Of a stretch of DNA of 35,592 nucleotides, positions 33,815 to 35,592 are shown in pieces. The stretch is from a virus (taxonomy: Duplodnaviria > Caudoviricetes). The notes below the pieces were generated by a model. It had not been told where the DNA came from and did no database searches. It saw only the letters and a program-made list of their open reading frames with translations. The stretch covers positions 1 to 35,592 of the IMG/VR virus record IMGVR_UViG_3300021961_000299. One strand, written 5' to 3'. Position 1 is the first letter of the stretch; every line of letters begins with the position of its first letter. The position numbers and the translations under genes were made by a program.

Positions 33815-33990
33815 TAATCCTCTTTAACCTCAGTGATAATGATTGCTTCCCCGTCAATCTCCATGTTCACTACAGTGCCCTCATACCACCCAAACTCACT
33901 CAATACCCATTCAGGTATATTAAAGTAGTACTCCCCAGTTATTGGATCGACCTCTACAGTCGTATAATTTTCTCCGGGATTTTTTTGCAT
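33814..33990 (-). CDS. AbrB/MazE/SpoVT-like small DNA-binding protein (58 aa; alternative start at 34011)
   Basis: Swapped-hairpin pattern Y.FNIPEWVLSEFGWYEGTVVNMEIDGEAIII (IP...l...g...G..v.....g..i.i). Confidence 0.65.
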   Translation of the reverse strand: MQKNPGENYTTVEVDPITGEYYFNIPEWVLSEFGWYEGTVVNMEIDGEAIIITEVKED

Positions 33991-34166
33991 CTCAGGTATT
34001 CGTGTTTCCATTTTTGTTTTATATAGAAAAGATGTGAGTTTAATATTGAGCTCGTGATCGTAACACTTTATAGCTTATGGGGACCCATCGCTTTTTAAAC
34101 GCGCCCCGACCGCACGGGGGCGGCGGCGGGGGCACTGCCGGAGCACGAACCCAGAGGCGCTGGGGG

Positions 34167-34505
34167 TCAGAGACCCAGGCGCTCACGGGCAGCGGCGCGA
34201 CGGTCGGCAGCATACTGGGCGGCAGCGCGACGCTTAACGCTGTCCAGGTCACGGACCATAGCAGCACCGATGCCGACCTGACGGGTGATGGTTTGACCCT
34301 TACCACCGCCGACAGCGTGAGAAGCGGTCTGACTGTCGCCACCCTGAACAGAACCCATAGCAGCGCCGCGACCGTGCTGGGAGTTACGCTGCATGGTCTC
34401 ACCCTTACGGGGACCACGGGTACGGAGGCACTTGATGGTGACTTCCTTACCAGCGGCGTTAAGGTCGGCAGCGATAGTGGAGAGGTTGGAGAGGGAAGCG
34501 TTCAT
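34167..34505 (-). CDS. Basic Ala/Gly/Arg-rich hypothetical protein (112 aa)
   Basis: SD-like AAAGGA upstream; co-oriented with neighbours and fills the gap without overlap. Confidence 0.7.
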   Translation of the reverse strand: MNASLSNLSTIAADLNAAGKEVTIKCLRTRGPRKGETMQRNSQHGRGAAMGSVQGGDSQTASHAVGGGKGQTITRQVGIGAAMVRDLDSVKRRAAAQYAADRRAAARERLGL

Positions 34506-34567
34506 CGGGTTGTGTTCCTTTCGACCCTTATAAGATACATCAGAACGGGGGTCTGTGCCGAAATGGT

Positions 34568-34587
34568 GGACAGTCCCCCAACTGTCC
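34568..34587. promoter_or_regulatory. Intergenic inverted repeat GGACAGT-N6-ACTGTCC, putative early-gene regulatory element
   Basis: Perfect 7-bp arms, immediately after the upstream stop codon and about 30 nt upstream of a TATCTT -10-like hexamer; no U-tract. Confidence 0.6.
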
Positions 34588-35337
34588 TCAGTACTCCAGA
34601 ACCTGGGGGGCAGCGTCGGAAACCAGAGCGGCGACCTTATCCTGTTGCAACTTGAGAACCACTTGAGAGTTGCGGTTCGCTTTGCTCAAACCCAGAAACG
34701 CCTTGATGCCGTTGTTGCTGGTTACACGGAGACGGAGCCCCAGGTCCAGGGTTTCGCCGTTACCCTTGAGAACAATGCGGCGGGAGGTCGTACCCTTACC
34801 ACTCACAAGGTGGGCAGTGTAACCAGCAGACAGGCAACGGGCGGCACGGATGCTATCATGCCCCATCACGTAGCAACGCTGGGCGGCGGTGTCGTTGATG
34901 ACCATGCTCATCCCGTGGTTAGCGTTGATCAGTTCAGAGATCAACCAAGCGGTGAGGGTCTCCGAAGTGATGGCGTTCAGAGCATCGCTACACACTTCGT
35001 TAAAGAGGTCTCGGGTTTCCTCTACGATGGCGCTACGCTCATCGGTGCCCCATTGGCGGGCATTGGCGACGAAGGCGCGGAAGTCCTCAAAGCGGGCAGA
35101 GTCCAGAAGGGCATCGGTTTGGGAGGTGTTGACCCAATCGAAAGACCCATTCTTAAGTCCTGCTTTGTGCTTGATGCTGATAGGGGTAGCACCCGCCATG
35201 GCGTCCGCTTTGTTACGGGTGCCGCCCAAGTGGGTCACAGTCTCAGCGAACACCTTACGGGCGTTCAGAAGGGAGATGGTGTCGTGCTCATTGGCGACAC
35301 CAGAGTGATGAACGGATCCGTTGGTTTGGAAGGTCAT
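34588..35337 (-). CDS. Putative PD-(D/E)XK-superfamily (restriction-endonuclease-like) nuclease, 249 aa
   Basis: ORF 34588..35358 with ATG 35337 preferred. Motif order GxxNE...GGTRNKAD...ISIK resembles the E...(P)D...SxK catalytic variant. Confidence 0.5.
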   Translation of the reverse strand: MTFQTNGSVHHSGVANEHDTISLLNARKVFAETVTHLGGTRNKADAMAGATPISIKHKAGLKNGSFDWVNTSQTDALLDSARFEDFRAFVANARQWGTDERSAIVEETRDLFNEVCSDALNAITSETLTAWLISELINANHGMSMVINDTAAQRCYVMGHDSIRAARCLSAGYTAHLVSGKGTTSRRIVLKGNGETLDLGLRLRVTSNNGIKAFLGLSKANRNSQVVLKLQQDKVAALVSDAAPQVLEY

Positions 35338-35375
35338 GGGGAATCGGGTGAGCGCCACCCGTTTGAACTGTATGT

Positions 35376-35384
35376 ATTGTAGCA
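35376..35384 (-). promoter_or_regulatory. Extended -10 element TGCTACAAT (early/host RNA polymerase promoter)
   Basis: The + strand reads ATTGTAGCA near 35376-35384, intergenic, about 40 nt upstream of ATG 35337. Confidence 0.55.
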
Positions 35385-35397
35385 GATCGGGGGGACC

Positions 35398-35592
35398 TTA
35401 GAGGTCCTGCATCATGGAGTTGATCTCCATGCCGTCGATTGCGGGATCGTCCCAGCGGCAACCGTCGGGGGTCTGTCCAAGGTGGCGACCGATCTGCCCG
35501 TCGGTCATGCAGCGAACGAACTTCTCCCAGGGGGTCTCCAGTCCTTCACGGTAGGTCACACATGCCTTAGCGGTGTTGTAGAGGAACTCATC
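35398..35592 (-). CDS. Partial (5'-truncated by window edge) hypothetical protein ...DEFLYNTAKACVTYREGLETPWEKFVRCMTDGQIGRHLGQTPDGCRWDDPAIDGMEINSMMQDL
   Basis: Not in the ORF track; hand translation gives 64 open codons ending in TAA at 35398-35400. Confidence 0.75.
   Translation of the reverse strand, partial: DEFLYNTAKACVTYREGLETPWEKFVRCMTDGQIGRHLGQTPDGCRWDDPAIDGMEINSMMQDL

Noticed and set aside
34040-34417. Alternative-frame minus ORF of 125 aa with a poly-Pro stretch
   Set aside because: Overlaps the better-supported 112-aa gene; the poly-Pro comes from translating the GC-rich non-coding block.
34077-35382. Long + strand ORFs 34077..34655 (192 aa), 34555..35382 (275 aa) and 34889..35308
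   Set aside because: Antisense shadows favoured by high GC; the minus-strand genes have SD and promoter signals and match the orientation of all neighbours.

Overview
This window is part of the genome of a large T4-like myovirus, most consistent with a cyanophage of the Kyanoviridae type. All credible genes lie on the minus strand. In transcription order (right to left) there are four blocks. (1) A GC-rich early-type segment from about 34100 onward: a partial hypothetical gene, a PD-(D/E)XK-like nuclease candidate and a small basic protein, with sigma70-like signals. (2) A junction with an AbrB-like gene, a glycosyltransferase-like gene and small conserved ORFs. (3) The AT-richer late structural operon: gp25, gp6, a 3955-aa gp7, gp8, a 2347-aa DUF4815/VrlC-like protein, small adaptor-like ORFs, a repeat-containing fibre, gp13, gp14, gp15 and gp16, punctuated by T4-type late promoters (NATAAATA). 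(4) An accessory cassette directly after gp16. That cassette is the most interesting part. It has a 586-aa protein that looks like a polyprotein of short basic, Cys-paired modules separated by prohead-protease-type (hydrophobic-X-E) sites, followed by two small proteins that start with T4 internal-protein capsid-targeting-like sequences (MKTFKEF, MKSFEQFLSE). No rRNA, tRNA, CRISPR array or mobile element was seen. All family assignments are from motif recognition and synteny, not database searches.
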